A stretch of 61,905 nucleotides of DNA, from NCBI GenBank assembly GCA_036402215.1, contig DASWTI010000205.1, forward strand, positions 1-61,905, read 5' to 3'. The notes under the pieces are model-generated. The model saw only the letters and a list, made by a program, of their open reading frames with translations. It was not told the DNA's origin and made no database searches. How positions within the stretch are numbered: the stretch's first letter is position 1; every line of letters begins with the position of its first letter. Of this stretch, positions 1 to 9,554 are shown in pieces. Source of the stretch: Pseudonocardiaceae bacterium. GTDB lineage: Bacteria > Actinomycetota > Actinomycetes > Mycobacteriales > Pseudonocardiaceae. A program made the translations under genes and the position numbers.

Positions 1-324
1 GCGAGCGGCCCGTTCGAGTCGTTCTACAAGGGGATCGCCGGTGACGGCTGGGCGGACTGGCTGTTCATGGCCGGCCTGCTCGGTATCGGCGTGGCGCTGT
101 TGCTGGGTGTCGGTATGCGGATCGCCGCGGGCGCCGGGGCGTTGCTGCTGGTGCTGATGTGGACGGTGGCACTGCCGCCCGCGACCAACCCGTTCCTGGA
201 CGAGCACCTCATCCAGGCACTGGTGCTGGTGCTGCTGGCCGCGACGTACGCCGGTGACCGGTTCGGGCTCGGCCGCTGGTGGGCCGGCACCCCGCTGGTC
301 CGCCGCGCCCCCTGGCTGCGCTGA
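1..324 (+). CDS. DoxX-like membrane protein, 5'-partial (runs off window start)
   Basis: Frame 1 is open from base 1 (ASGPFESFYKGIAGDGWADWLF...). Two hydrophobic helices and high GC3. The C-terminal region resembles the DoxX family. Confidence 0.55.
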   Translation, partial: ASGPFESFYKGIAGDGWADWLFMAGLLGIGVALLLGVGMRIAAGAGALLLVLMWTVALPPATNPFLDEHLIQALVLVLLAATYAGDRFGLGRWWAGTPLVRRAPWLR

Positions 325-332
325 GCACCGTC

Positions 333-560
333 GTGCGTGCGAAGGATCTGATGAGTACGCCCGTGGTGACGTGCCGGCCGGACTGGCCGGCACGTGACGC
401 CGCGGCGCTGCTGGCCGCGCGGGGCTTCACCGCGCTGCCGGTGGTGGACGACGACGGCGCGCTGGTCGGCATCGTGACCGAGGCCGACGTGCTGCGCGGC
501 CGGGTCCGGCCGGACCCCCGGTCCCGGCCGACGAAGCCGATGCCGGAGTGGTCACGGTGA
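333..560 (+). CDS. CBS-domain protein with a single CBS motif (probably truncated)
   Basis: GTG start. VRAKDLMSTPVVTC...ALPVVDDDGALVGIVTEADVL is one CBS motif. A second-motif start (VGDV) appears out of frame near 597-615, so the usual CBS pair seems lost. Confidence 0.5.
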   Translation: MRAKDLMSTPVVTCRPDWPARDAAALLAARGFTALPVVDDDGALVGIVTEADVLRGRVRPDPRSRPTKPMPEWSR

Positions 561-651
561 CCGGCGCAGGCGCCGTCGCGGCGCAAGTTCCGCCGGCGGG
601 TGGGCGACGTGAGTGCCTGCGCGTTTCCAGCGGTCAGGAAGGAGGTGGACC

Positions 652-843
652 ATGCGGGCGAAGGTCGGTGACTGGATCGTCATGCAGAGCGTTCACCCGG
701 ATCGGCCACGCAGGGAGAGGCATGTAGTGGAGGTGCCGCACGTGGACGGCACGCCCCCTACGAGCGCACCCTGGTCTTTCCTGGCGCCGGGTGCCGAGAT
801 CCTGCCGCGTTCGGGGTACGCCAGGCCATCGGCACAGCGCTGA
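652..843 (+). pseudogene. DUF1918-like small protein, apparent frameshift
   Basis: MRAKVGDWIVMQSVHPDRPRRE..VEV.HVDGTPP matches the DUF1918 N-terminus. The expected continuation (PYERTLVFPGAG) reads in another frame after a C-run near 755-765. Confidence 0.4.
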
Positions 844-1076
844 CCATACACCCGCGCAGGGCGCGACAAGAAGGTCGCCGACGATGACGACACACACTGC
901 CCGACTCGTGATCGCCGGCGTGGACGGCTGCCGGAAGTTTCGTGCCGCAGTTGGCTGCCAGCAGCCGCCCACCGGCCAGACCGGCGTCCTGGTGCAGCCG
1001 AGCGGCCCGCCACCCCGCCCGGCAACGCCAGCAGCCCCGGCACCGCGCAGACCGAGCCGTTAGGACGTACGACCGG

Positions 1077-1223
1077 CTAGGAACTCGATTTGTCCCGTTC
1101 GTCGGCGCCGACTGTGTCGATTCGCTGCTTGCACTCGGTGCAGAGGATGCCGCCGAGACCGACGGGTCGCTCCCCGCAGCTCGCGCAGACACGGTGCGCG
1201 AGGTCTCCCAGGGCCTCGGTCAC
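1077..1223 (-). CDS. Small zinc-ribbon protein (48 aa, two CxxC pairs)
   Basis: GTG start. VTEALGDLAHRVCASCGERPVGLGGILCTECKQRID.. with GC3-rich codons. Shorter than the ORF-track cutoff. Confidence 0.3.
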   Translation of the reverse strand: MTEALGDLAHRVCASCGERPVGLGGILCTECKQRIDTVGADERDKSSS

Positions 1224-1276
1224 ATCTGGACGCTAACCCCTTGGGCAGCGCAAACACGGCAACGACATTCGAACGT

Positions 1277-1702
1277 ATGTTCGCACGCGCCACTCGCATC
1301 GCCCGTGCCCGTCTCGCCGAGAGCCAGGGCACCGCCGGCCGCCACTGGCACTATGTCGCGCTCGTCGGCCGGCCCGGCAGCAAGCTGGTGGACGCCGTGG
1401 TCGGCGCCGAGCCGGGCCTCAGCCGGGCCGCCGCCATCGCCGGCGTGGCAGAGGTCATCGACCGGTTCGCCATCGTCAAGTCCGGTCCTCACGGGCTGGC
1501 CACCGTGGCGACCGGGTGGCGCGCCGCGGCCCCGGACAGGCGTCGTGGTCTGGACTACTGGACCTACGCCGGCCATTTCACGTTCGCCGTCTTCTGGTGC
1601 GGCGACACCGGATGCGTGACCCAGATCGACGCCATCCTGGCCGACTACCTGGCGAGTTCCGCTTACACCGGGTACCAGCTGAGCCGCGTGCCGCCGCCGT
1701 AG
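1277..1702 (+). CDS. Hypothetical protein
   Basis: ATG at 1277 in the frame of ORF 1241..1702. Strong GC3 bias and a non-repetitive translation. No family recognised. Confidence 0.5.
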   Translation: MFARATRIARARLAESQGTAGRHWHYVALVGRPGSKLVDAVVGAEPGLSRAAAIAGVAEVIDRFAIVKSGPHGLATVATGWRAAAPDRRRGLDYWTYAGHFTFAVFWCGDTGCVTQIDAILADYLASSAYTGYQLSRVPPP

Positions 1703-2033
1703 GGCACCAGCCGAGCGCGGCGACCGTCCACCCGACCGGGGTTCCGGCCCGGGGTTCGTGTCGTGTGTCGACGGCGCGCAGCCGAGCGGACTCGGGTGAC
1801 GGATCGCCGGGGCGTGCCGCTGCGCGGTCGGCTGCGCCGACCCTGGCGACCCCGCACCCGGGTCCGCTGGGTGGCCGTCGTCCACGACGCCACTCACGGA
1901 ACGGAGCCGTCATGACCGGCCACCCCGCACCGGCCAGCAACCCTCCCCGCAACAGATCCTGCCATCACCCTCCTCCCAGCCACCCACCCCGCAGCCACCT
2001 CTCGCGCCGCCGGCGGTCCAGGCTGGTGGGGCG

Positions 2034-2290
2034 TTGCCGCGGCGGGTGCGGGTGTTCCACAACACCTCACCCCGGGCCGTGGTGTTCGGGGTGACACGAT
2101 CGTCGAGGTCGCCGCGTTCGACGACCCGAATCCCGACGACACCGACGACCAGGTGCTCAGCGACGTGTACCGGCTGTTCAACGTCGGCCACGACCCGCAG
2201 TTCGGCACCCCGGATCCGCGTGCGGTCGTCTACCGCGAGCGGGGGAACCGGTCGTTGTCAGTCGGTGACGTGGTCGCCCTCAACGAGGTC
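2034..2290 (+). pseudogene. Fragment of a small conserved actinobacterial protein (..RVFH.. / ..LFNVGHDP..RSLSVGDVV..), frameshifted and 3'-truncated
   Basis: The N-terminus (RRVRVFHNTSPRAVVFG) is in the frame of ORF 2034. The remainder (DTIVEVAAFDD...YRERGNRSLSVGDVVALNEV) is in the frame of ORF 2153. The expected C-terminus is missing. Confidence 0.35.
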
Positions 2291-2540
2291 TGTAGTGGAA
2301 ACAGGATTCGCGTACCCGCAGCCTGGGACCGAGGTGGGTCAGCGTGATTCCGGATTCATCAGCGGCTTCGCAGCGGGCGGAGTCGATAAGTGATTCGCCG
2401 GGGTCCAGGCGGCCCCCAGGGAGCTCCCACCAGTGATGACTCCGGTTGTCCGGGTCACAAGCGTGGATGCGCAGGGCACGATCAGGATCGAGGAGTAGAA
2501 CACGGGCACTGATTCGGGAGGGCGCTGATGGTGGGCATCC
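2280..2540 (-). pseudogene. NUDIX hydrolase fragment (3'-truncated, degenerate Nudix box)
   Basis: ARVLLLDPDRALRIHACDP...WWELPGGRLDPGESLIDSARCEAADESGI fits GX5EX7REUXEEXGU, but the RE is CE. The protein stops about 25 aa after the box. Confidence 0.5.
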
Positions 2541-3164
2541 AGCCACGGTCCTTACGGTCCGCTGATGGTGGTTCGGCAGCCGACGCGGAACGGTGACGGG
2601 ATGGGCCGGAACGAGGCCAGCACTGGTTCGTCCTGCGCGCCGACGCTGTGACAGAGTGAGACGTGAGCAGCTCTCGGCCAAAGCCTGGAAGGTGCTGACG
2701 GCCGCCATGAGCAGCATGGAAGTGTCAACGACAGCACTCGCGGCCTCTTCCGGCGTAACCTCGTCCGCTGGCTGAACGTTCACGACCATGGTTGACCGGC
2801 CAGCTCATCGGTCAAGGGTAACTCAGCCACCACTGAGCCACCGCCCCTACCTCCTCTGGAAGGTTCCACCACACCGCCCGTAATCACGGCGCCGGTCACT
2901 ACGCCTGGCAGCCGGGTCTGATGATCATCGAGAGCTTCGACCTTCCCGATTCCGATCAAGTCAGCGCTAGTTGGATCGCCTGGACACCTCGAGCTACCAA
3001 CTTTCGTTGGTAGGATGTGCCTACGAGCGGTGGCGATGAGATGCTGGTCGTGGCGTATTCTGCGCTCTGTATCGTAACGTTTACGGATAAAGTTCGGTTG
3101 GTGACGTATCTGAGCCATGATCGCCCCCACCTGTGCAGCGAGTAGTCACGCACAGGAGGAACTT

Positions 3165-4628
3165 ATGGAAGCCCTCACGGACCGTTCCGGTCGGCGGCAC
3201 CGTCGGGATCGGCGGCCGCCGCATCCCCTCGACGATCACGTTATGGCTCGGCACGGTGCCAAGGTGTTGCACCCAGCGGAGGCGGTCCCGCTGCCGGACG
3301 GCACGCTGCCGTCGCCGACCATCTACCAGCCGCGCCGACTGCTGGTGCCGCGGGCGATGCTGAGCGACGGCGGCGCGGCTGAGGTGCTTCGTGACGTACT
3401 GCTCGACCTGCGGCTGACCTTCACCTCCGATCCCAAGGCGATGCCGGCGGACCTGGTACCGATCGACCTGCTGCCGCACCCCGACCTACCCCCAAACACG
3501 CCGATCGACGCGTGGACGGCCCTACGGGCGCTGCGATCCACAGACCGCGGCCAGGGCACCCGCTTCGCCGAGCTGGCCCACCGGCTGGGTCTGCGGCACC
3601 TGCTCTCGGCGGCCACCTTCCCCGGCCAGGACGTTGCCACCAGACGAATGACCGGGGGCCCCGGCGGAATGGAGGGCCACTACGAGGAGGCCACCGGCCG
3701 GCGCCCGGTCCGGCTGCCAATGGCGGTGCCGGCCCTCCGAGCCGGCGCGCCACCACACCGTCGGCCGGTGGTGGCGGTGCTCGACAGCGGTTGCGGTCAG
3801 CACCCGTGGCTGGACACCGAGTCGACGGACCCGTTCGTGGTGCGCTGCCAGCCGGAACCGCCGTTCCCCGACCCGGAGTTGATGGCGGACATCGTCGACC
3901 CGCTGCGCGGTGAGCTGGACTCGCACTGCGGCCACGGCACCTTCGTCACCGGGATCATCCGCCAGCTCGCGCCGGACGCCACGGTGTGGTCCTACCGGGT
4001 CATGCAGAGCGACGGCGTGGTCGACGAGCACCACCTGGACGCGGTCCTCACCTCGATCGCCGAGGAGGTTTGGTACGCCCAGCAGCACGGTGTACCGGGC
4101 AGCTTCGTGGACCTCGTGCTCATGCCGTTCGGCGGCTACTTCGAGGACGAGGCGCCGTTGCTGCACGCCGCGCTGACGCGACTGGACTCCCTGGGAGTGG
4201 GCCTGGTCGCGGCCGCGGGCAACGACGCCAGCACGGTGCCGCACTACCCGGCGGCGTTCGACGAGGTGGTCGGCGTCGGTGCCTCGACCCGGACCGGCGT
4301 GCCCTCCATCTACAGCAACGCCGGGGCGAACGCCAACGTCGAGGCGCCGGGGTATGCGCTGGTCAGCACGCTGCCCCAGGGCCGGGACGGCAGCCGCAAC
4401 CCGGTCCACCGTACGCACACCGAACCGTGCCGGGAGAGCTTCGACCCGGACCGGTTCGCAACCGGCTTCGGCACCTGGAGCGGAACGTCCTTCGCGGCGG
4501 CGATGTTCGCCGGCCGGGTGGCCGCCGAGCTGTGGTCCTCCGACGACCTGGCCGACATCACGCCGGCCGGGGCCGACCGGCGGTGGACGGCCGCGGTGGC
4601 TGCTGTCTCGGGGGTGCCATGGTCGTGA
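3165..4628 (+). CDS. S8 (subtilisin-like) serine peptidase
   Basis: AGGAGG lies 5 nt before ATG 3165. Triad motifs are VAVLDSG (Asp), HCGHGTFVTG (His) and GTSFAAAMFAG (Ser). Confidence 0.85.
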   Translation: MEALTDRSGRRHRRDRRPPHPLDDHVMARHGAKVLHPAEAVPLPDGTLPSPTIYQPRRLLVPRAMLSDGGAAEVLRDVLLDLRLTFTSDPKAMPADLVPIDLLPHPDLPPNTPIDAWTALRALRSTDRGQGTRFAELAHRLGLRHLLSAATFPGQDVATRRMTGGPGGMEGHYEEATGRRPVRLPMAVPALRAGAPPHRRPVVAVLDSGCGQHPWLDTESTDPFVVRCQPEPPFPDPELMADIVDPLRGELDSHCGHGTFVTGIIRQLAPDATVWSYRVMQSDGVVDEHHLDAVLTSIAEEVWYAQQHGVPGSFVDLVLMPFGGYFEDEAPLLHAALTRLDSLGVGLVAAAGNDASTVPHYPAAFDEVVGVGASTRTGVPSIYSNAGANANVEAPGYALVSTLPQGRDGSRNPVHRTHTEPCRESFDPDRFATGFGTWSGTSFAAAMFAGRVAAELWSSDDLADITPAGADRRWTAAVAAVSGVPWS

Positions 4629-5197
4629 GCGGTGCGGACGGGACGCCCCGCTGGGTCGGCCTGGTCCGGCCGGCGCAGGCCGGTGACCGGGCAGCGCTGG
4701 ACGTCCTGGTGCGGGAGTTCACGCCGCTGATCTGGCGCACGGCCCGTGCGCAGGGGCTGAGTACGCCCGATGCGGAGGATGTGGTGCAGACCGTGTGGCT
4801 GATCGTCGTCGACGATCTGGCCCGGCTGCGTGACCCGCAGTCGCTGCCGGCCTGGCTGATCACCGTGACGCGACGGCAGGCACGACACGTGCTGCGGGCC
4901 CGCGGGCGGGAGACCCTCCACCCGTCGACCGAGCTGCCGGACCGGCCGGACCGGACCGACCTGGCGGAGGCGGCCGCCGTCGCCGACCGGGACCGCGTGC
5001 TGTGGCGGGCGGTTCACCGGCTGCCGGAGCGCTGCCAGCTGTTGGTGCTGGTGGTCGCCTACGTCGACCGGCCCGACTACGCACGTCTCGCCGACGCGCT
5101 GGCCGCGCCGCACGGCAGCGTCGGCCCGACCCGGCGACGCTGCCTGGACAAGCTACGCGCCCTGCTGCGCGACGACCCGGCCTGGAGTACGCCATGA
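4619..5197 (+). CDS. ECF-type sigma-70 family sigma factor
   Basis: ATG 4619 overlaps the S8 stop (4626-4628). Region 2 reads DAEDVVQTVWLIVV..L and region 4 reads YARLADALAAPHGSVGPTRRRCLDKLR. Confidence 0.85.
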   Translation: MVVSGADGTPRWVGLVRPAQAGDRAALDVLVREFTPLIWRTARAQGLSTPDAEDVVQTVWLIVVDDLARLRDPQSLPAWLITVTRRQARHVLRARGRETLHPSTELPDRPDRTDLAEAAAVADRDRVLWRAVHRLPERCQLLVLVVAYVDRPDYARLADALAAPHGSVGPTRRRCLDKLRALLRDDPAWSTP

Positions 5198-5661
5198 CCG
5201 CACCCCCACCTGTTGATGACCAGGAACTGGCCGCCGCCGTTCGCACGGCGCTCGACCGGGCCGACCCGGTGCCGATCGGTCTGGACGACCGAGTGCGGTT
5301 CGCCATCGACCTGCGTGACGCCGAGAGCGAGCTCGCCGGGCTGACCGAGGCGCCCGCGGCCGCCGCCCGCGCCACGGAGCTGACCAGGACCATCACCTTC
5401 GAGTCCGCCAGCCTCACCATCACGGTCACCCTCACCCCGCTGGGGGACGGCGGACATCGGCTGGACGGCTGGCTGCTGCCAGGCGGACGGCTGACCGTGG
5501 AGCTGCGCCTGCCGGCGGAGCGGTGGCGGGTCACCAGCGACGACACCGGCCGGTTCAGCGTGGACCGGGTGCCGGCCGGCCGGCTGCGGCTGGCCGTGCT
5601 GTCCGTAGGCGACGACCAGCCGTTGACCAGGACGGTCATTACCCCGCCCCTGGAGCTGTGA
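5194..5661 (+). CDS. Hypothetical protein in the anti-sigma position, with a C-terminal CarboxypepD_reg-like beta-sandwich
   Basis: ATGA overlap with the sigma stop. The C-terminus (GGRLTVELRLPAERWRVTSDDTGRFSVDRVPAGRLRLAVL) looks like a beta-sandwich. No TM helix or zinc motif. Confidence 0.6.
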   Translation: MTAPPPVDDQELAAAVRTALDRADPVPIGLDDRVRFAIDLRDAESELAGLTEAPAAAARATELTRTITFESASLTITVTLTPLGDGGHRLDGWLLPGGRLTVELRLPAERWRVTSDDTGRFSVDRVPAGRLRLAVLSVGDDQPLTRTVITPPLEL

Positions 5662-8150
5662 CCCGGAGCGGGCCGGCGGTGGCCGAACGGCTACGCACCG
5701 CGGGAGTGGCGGCCACCGCCGCCGGCCGACCGGTCGATGGCGTGCGGCTGCTGCGCGCCGCGCTCGGTGTGCTGCGGCCCGACGGTCCCGACCGGCAGAT
5801 CCGCGGCCGAGTGCTGCTCAGCCTTGCCTTCGCCGAGGTGGAACGGGGCCGAACGGCAGCCGGGCTGCGGGCGTTCGACGAGGCCGCCGCGCTGCTGACC
5901 GACCGGACCATGGTGGACAGCCAGCACGGGGCACTGCTGGCCCGGGCGGGGCGACTCGCCGAGGCGCTGCCGTACCTGGACCGGGCGGTGCAGGCGCTGG
6001 CGGCAGCCGGCGACCTCACGGAACTGAGCCGGGCGCTGCTGAACCGCGGCTACACGCTGATGAACGCCGGACGCCTGCGACAGAGCAGGGTGGACCTGCT
6101 GCGCTGCCTGCGGGTCGCCCGGGCCGGAGGGCCGCACAGCGTTGCGGTGAAGGCCGTGCAGAACCTCGGCTATCTGGCCTTCTTCACCGGCGACGTACCG
6201 CAGGCGTTGCGCTACCTCGACGAGGCTGCCAGGGGTTGCGCAAGGCTGCCCTCGTATCGGCCGGCGATCGCCGCCGACAAAGCCCGAGTGCTGCTCTCGG
6301 TGGGACTGGCCGACGATGCCTGCAGGGAGCTCGAACCCGCCATCGAGGCGTTCCGCGAACAGCGCCTGGGCCACCTGATGGCCGAGGCCGAGCTGGTGCT
6401 GGCCGACGCCCGGCTACTGGCTGGACACGCCGCCGGCGGGCGCCGGGCGGCAGCCTCGGCGCGCCGCCGCTTCCTGCGCCGGGGCAACCACACGTGGGCC
6501 GAACTGGCCGCCCTGTACGAGCTGCGAGCCGCGTTGGAGGACGGCGCACAGCCGCGATCGGTGGCGCGCGCAGCGGCCCGGCTGGCCGAGCGGTTGACCG
6601 TGGTCGGCCTGCCCGACGATGCCCGGTTCGCCCGGCTGCTCGCGGCCAGGGCACACCTGCGTGCCGGAGAGGTGAAGCAGGCGGCCGCTCTCCTCCACGG
6701 GCAACGTCCTCCGCCGTCGACCGCCCCGTTGCCGTTGCGGCTGGCCTGGCACCTCGCCGGCGCCGAGCTGGCGGTGGCTACCGGGCGGCCTGGCACCGGC
6801 CTGCGCCGACTGCGCAGCGGACTGCGCTGCCTGCAACGGCATCGCAGCACCCTGGGCAGCCTCGACCTGCAGACCGGGGTTGCCGCGCACGGCGCGCGAC
6901 TGGCCGCCACCGGGCTGACCGAGGTGCTACGTACCGGGCGGCCACGGCAGGTGCTGGAATGGGCCGAGCTGATGCGGGCCCAGGCGTTCCGCGTCCCGGG
7001 GCCGCCGCTGCGGACAGATGTACGTGAGGCGCTGGCCGAGCTGCGCCAGGTCCGGTTCGCCCAGCGCGAGGCCGAGTTACGAGGTGCCCCGCTCGGCCGG
7101 TTACGGACCCGGCGGAGCGAGTTGGAGCGGTCCATTCGGGAGACGACCTGGCTGGCCGACGGGCCCGGGGCCAGCCGGCCGCTGATCGGCCTCGGTGAGC
7201 TGCGTCAGCTCCTGGCCGCCCGTGATGAGGCCATGGTGCTGTATCTGGACGCCGGGGAACGGCTGGCGGCGCTCGTGGTCAACGGCCCGGCCACCCAGCT
7301 GGTCGACCTGGGGTCGTTCGCCGAGGTGGTGCACCACGTCCGACGGTTGCGCGCCGACCTCGACACCATGGCCGTGACGGTGCCCCGGCCCATGCTGCCG
7401 GTGATTGCCGCGTCCCGCAGGCACGAGGCGGTCAGGCTCGATGAGTTGCTGGTGTCGCCCCTGCGCCGACTGATCGGCGACCGCGCGCTGGTGGTGGTGC
7501 CGACCGGCGCGCTGTTCGGCCTACCGTGGTCACAGTTGCCGGCGCTGCGCAGCCGGCCGGTGGTGGTCGCCCCGTCCGCGACAATCTGGGCAGACGGCTG
7601 CCGCCGACAGCGGTCAACGGACGGCACCCCGGTGCTGGCCGCCGGCCCCGGCCTGGAGCACGCCGTCCGCGAGATCCTGGCCATCGCCGACATCTACCCC
7701 GCGGCCGAGCGACTCACCGGCGTGCGGGCCACACCGGCTGCAGTGCTGGACCGGCTGGACGGGGCACCCCTCGCGCACCTCGCCGCGCACGGCCATCACC
7801 AGGCCGGCAATGCACTGTTCTCCGCCCTGGACCTGGCAACCGGACCGCTGGTCGGCTACGACCTGCTCGGCCTGCACCGGGCACCCCGGCTGGTGGTGCT
7901 GTCCGCCTGCCAGCTGGGCCTGTCGGAGGTCCGCGCGGGCGACGAGATCGTCGGGATGGTGGCCGCGCTGCTGCTCACCGGCTCGGCCACCGTGGTGGCC
8001 AGCGTGGCCCGGCCGCTGGACCACGACATCCCGGAGGTCATGGTCCCGTTCCACCGGTCGCTGGCCGCCGGCGTCCCCCCGGCGACCGCCCTCGCCGACG
8101 CCACCGCCCACGTCGAGCACAGCTCGTTCGTCTGCTTCGGCTCCAGCTGA
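5658..8150 (+). CDS. TPR-like repeat / CHAT (caspase-like) domain protein
   Basis: GTGA overlap with the upstream stop. Long helical-repeat N-terminal half. The CHAT dyad motifs are HLAAHGHH and RLVVLSACQLG. Confidence 0.85.
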   Translation: MTRSGPAVAERLRTAGVAATAAGRPVDGVRLLRAALGVLRPDGPDRQIRGRVLLSLAFAEVERGRTAAGLRAFDEAAALLTDRTMVDSQHGALLARAGRLAEALPYLDRAVQALAAAGDLTELSRALLNRGYTLMNAGRLRQSRVDLLRCLRVARAGGPHSVAVKAVQNLGYLAFFTGDVPQALRYLDEAARGCARLPSYRPAIAADKARVLLSVGLADDACRELEPAIEAFREQRLGHLMAEAELVLADARLLAGHAAGGRRAAASARRRFLRRGNHTWAELAALYELRAALEDGAQPRSVARAAARLAERLTVVGLPDDARFARLLAARAHLRAGEVKQAAALLHGQRPPPSTAPLPLRLAWHLAGAELAVATGRPGTGLRRLRSGLRCLQRHRSTLGSLDLQTGVAAHGARLAATGLTEVLRTGRPRQVLEWAELMRAQAFRVPGPPLRTDVREALAELRQVRFAQREAELRGAPLGRLRTRRSELERSIRETTWLADGPGASRPLIGLGELRQLLAARDEAMVLYLDAGERLAALVVNGPATQLVDLGSFAEVVHHVRRLRADLDTMAVTVPRPMLPVIAASRRHEAVRLDELLVSPLRRLIGDRALVVVPTGALFGLPWSQLPALRSRPVVVAPSATIWADGCRRQRSTDGTPVLAAGPGLEHAVREILAIADIYPAAERLTGVRATPAAVLDRLDGAPLAHLAAHGHHQAGNALFSALDLATGPLVGYDLLGLHRAPRLVVLSACQLGLSEVRAGDEIVGMVAALLLTGSATVVASVARPLDHDIPEVMVPFHRSLAAGVPPATALADATAHVEHSSFVCFGSS

Positions 8151-8309
8151 CCATTTGCCACCCGCCTGCCCAACTGTGACCAGCACGAGATGGCGGCGCG
8201 CAAGCGACGACCCAGATGGGAACAGCGCACCGTGGCCCTGGCCTCACCGCCGGCAACCAGGTGACTTCTTGTACGCCCTGCGGCTGTCGAGAGTGCGACG
8301 GGCACAGCG

Positions 8310-9185
8310 GTGTCCTTCGCCGCTGGCTTGAGCGCGTCCCATCCGGGACACACTCCATCGACACCACCCCAGGACGACCCGCACCGCATTCCCGACCCGG
8401 CCACCGATCCGGCGGCCGACCTGGCCCTGGCGGTGGACGGTTGGTCGCTGGCCCAGGTGAACCCGGCCGACCTCGTGATCGGCCCGAACGTCCGCACCGA
8501 CGTGACGCTGGACCGGCAGTTCGTCGCGTCCATCCGCCGCGCCGGCGTACAGCAGCCGATCGTCGTACGCCGCGACACACAAGGACGCCTGGTGGTGCGC
8601 ACCAGGCAGCGGCGTGCGCTGGCGGCTGCCGAGGCCGGTCGCACGACGGTCCTGGTGGTCGTCGATCCCACCCCGCACGGTGACGAGCCGCAGGACCAGG
8701 CGGAGCGGATCGTGGACCAGCTGGTGGAGAACGCCCAGCGGGAAGCCAACACCGAGCTCGACGTCATCAGCGCCCACCAGCAGCTGCTGGACCTGGGCCT
8801 GACCGCCGGGCAGATCGCCCGGCGCACCAGCACCACACCGGCCGTCGTGAAGCGCCGGGTGGCCGTGGCGACCACGGCCGACCCGCGCGCGGCAACGAAG
8901 GAACTCGCGGACCTGCGGCCGGGCCCGGACCACACGCCGGGCTCGGAGCTCACCGACGAGGACCACGCCGGCTGCCCGGGACACGTGGTACGGCTGGAGG
9001 ACCACCAGTGGCAGCCCATGAACGACCCACCACACCGGCGTCATCGACGACGGCGACTTGACACGCGCCTGCGCCGCCCACAGCACGTACTGGACCGTCC
9101 AACCAGTCGTCCGTCGGCCACGTCCCAGACCGTGGTAAGCGAGCGCACTTCAACGCACAGCAATTGGTGCATCTTGCTTGTCTGA
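8310..9185 (+). CDS. ParB/Srx-like N-terminal domain protein (plasmid/ICE type), C-terminus possibly disrupted
   Basis: LVIGPNVRTDV..FVASIRRAGVQQPIVVRRD..GRLVVRTRQRRALAA resembles a ParB N-terminal domain. The tail after HAGCPGH is Arg/His-rich and looks non-coding. Confidence 0.6.
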   Translation: MSFAAGLSASHPGHTPSTPPQDDPHRIPDPATDPAADLALAVDGWSLAQVNPADLVIGPNVRTDVTLDRQFVASIRRAGVQQPIVVRRDTQGRLVVRTRQRRALAAAEAGRTTVLVVVDPTPHGDEPQDQAERIVDQLVENAQREANTELDVISAHQQLLDLGLTAGQIARRTSTTPAVVKRRVAVATTADPRAATKELADLRPGPDHTPGSELTDEDHAGCPGHVVRLEDHQWQPMNDPPHRRHRRRRLDTRLRRPQHVLDRPTSRPSATSQTVVSERTSTHSNWCILLV

Positions 9186-9554
9186 CATAGCGAGGATGGA
9201 CCCACCCGTGCCCGGACGACCGGACAACAATGGCCTTTGTGACGCTACAAATAGCGCGCCAGCGGCGGGACCGGCAGTCGTATCCTCAATTTACTTAAGC
9301 CTGCATCCGGGTGATGCCACAACAGAGTCACGCCCCGATCGCCATCCCAGCGCTTCCGGTCGCGATTACCTGCCCGGACCATTACACGGAGTGTAGCGGT
9401 CGTTGCCCTCCGACGCCTGTTGTGGCTGTCATGACAGGTTGCGGGGCCAGGCCGATCGAGAATGTTGGGCTTGGGATCGAGCCGGTCGCAGGTTGCCCTA
9501 ATCGTGGAGCTTCGAGTGCTGGTCACTCCTGCTGCACAGGTCTAGGCTTTCGCC

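Noticed and set aside
2780-3130. ORF 2780..3130 (-, 116 aa) in the A/T-richer stretch upstream of the S8 gene.
   Set aside because: The 5' half uses many A/T-ending codons (ata, aaa, ttt, aga), atypical for this genome. No domain was recognised, and the stretch is more likely the promoter or leader region of the S8 operon.
2950-3164. Possible ECF-type promoter (AAC-N16/17-CGT) upstream of the S8-sigma operon, e.g. around cgtaacgtttacggataaagttcgg.
   Set aside because: The -10-like element does not match CGTC at the right spacing. It cannot be supported without a known consensus for this sigma group or 5'-end mapping.
5691-7135. Long minus-strand ORFs inside the CHAT gene (5691..6374, 6212..7135, 6184..6654).
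   Set aside because: They are Arg/Ala/Pro-rich antisense frames. The plus-strand frame carries the recognisable TPR/CHAT motifs and the operon overlaps.
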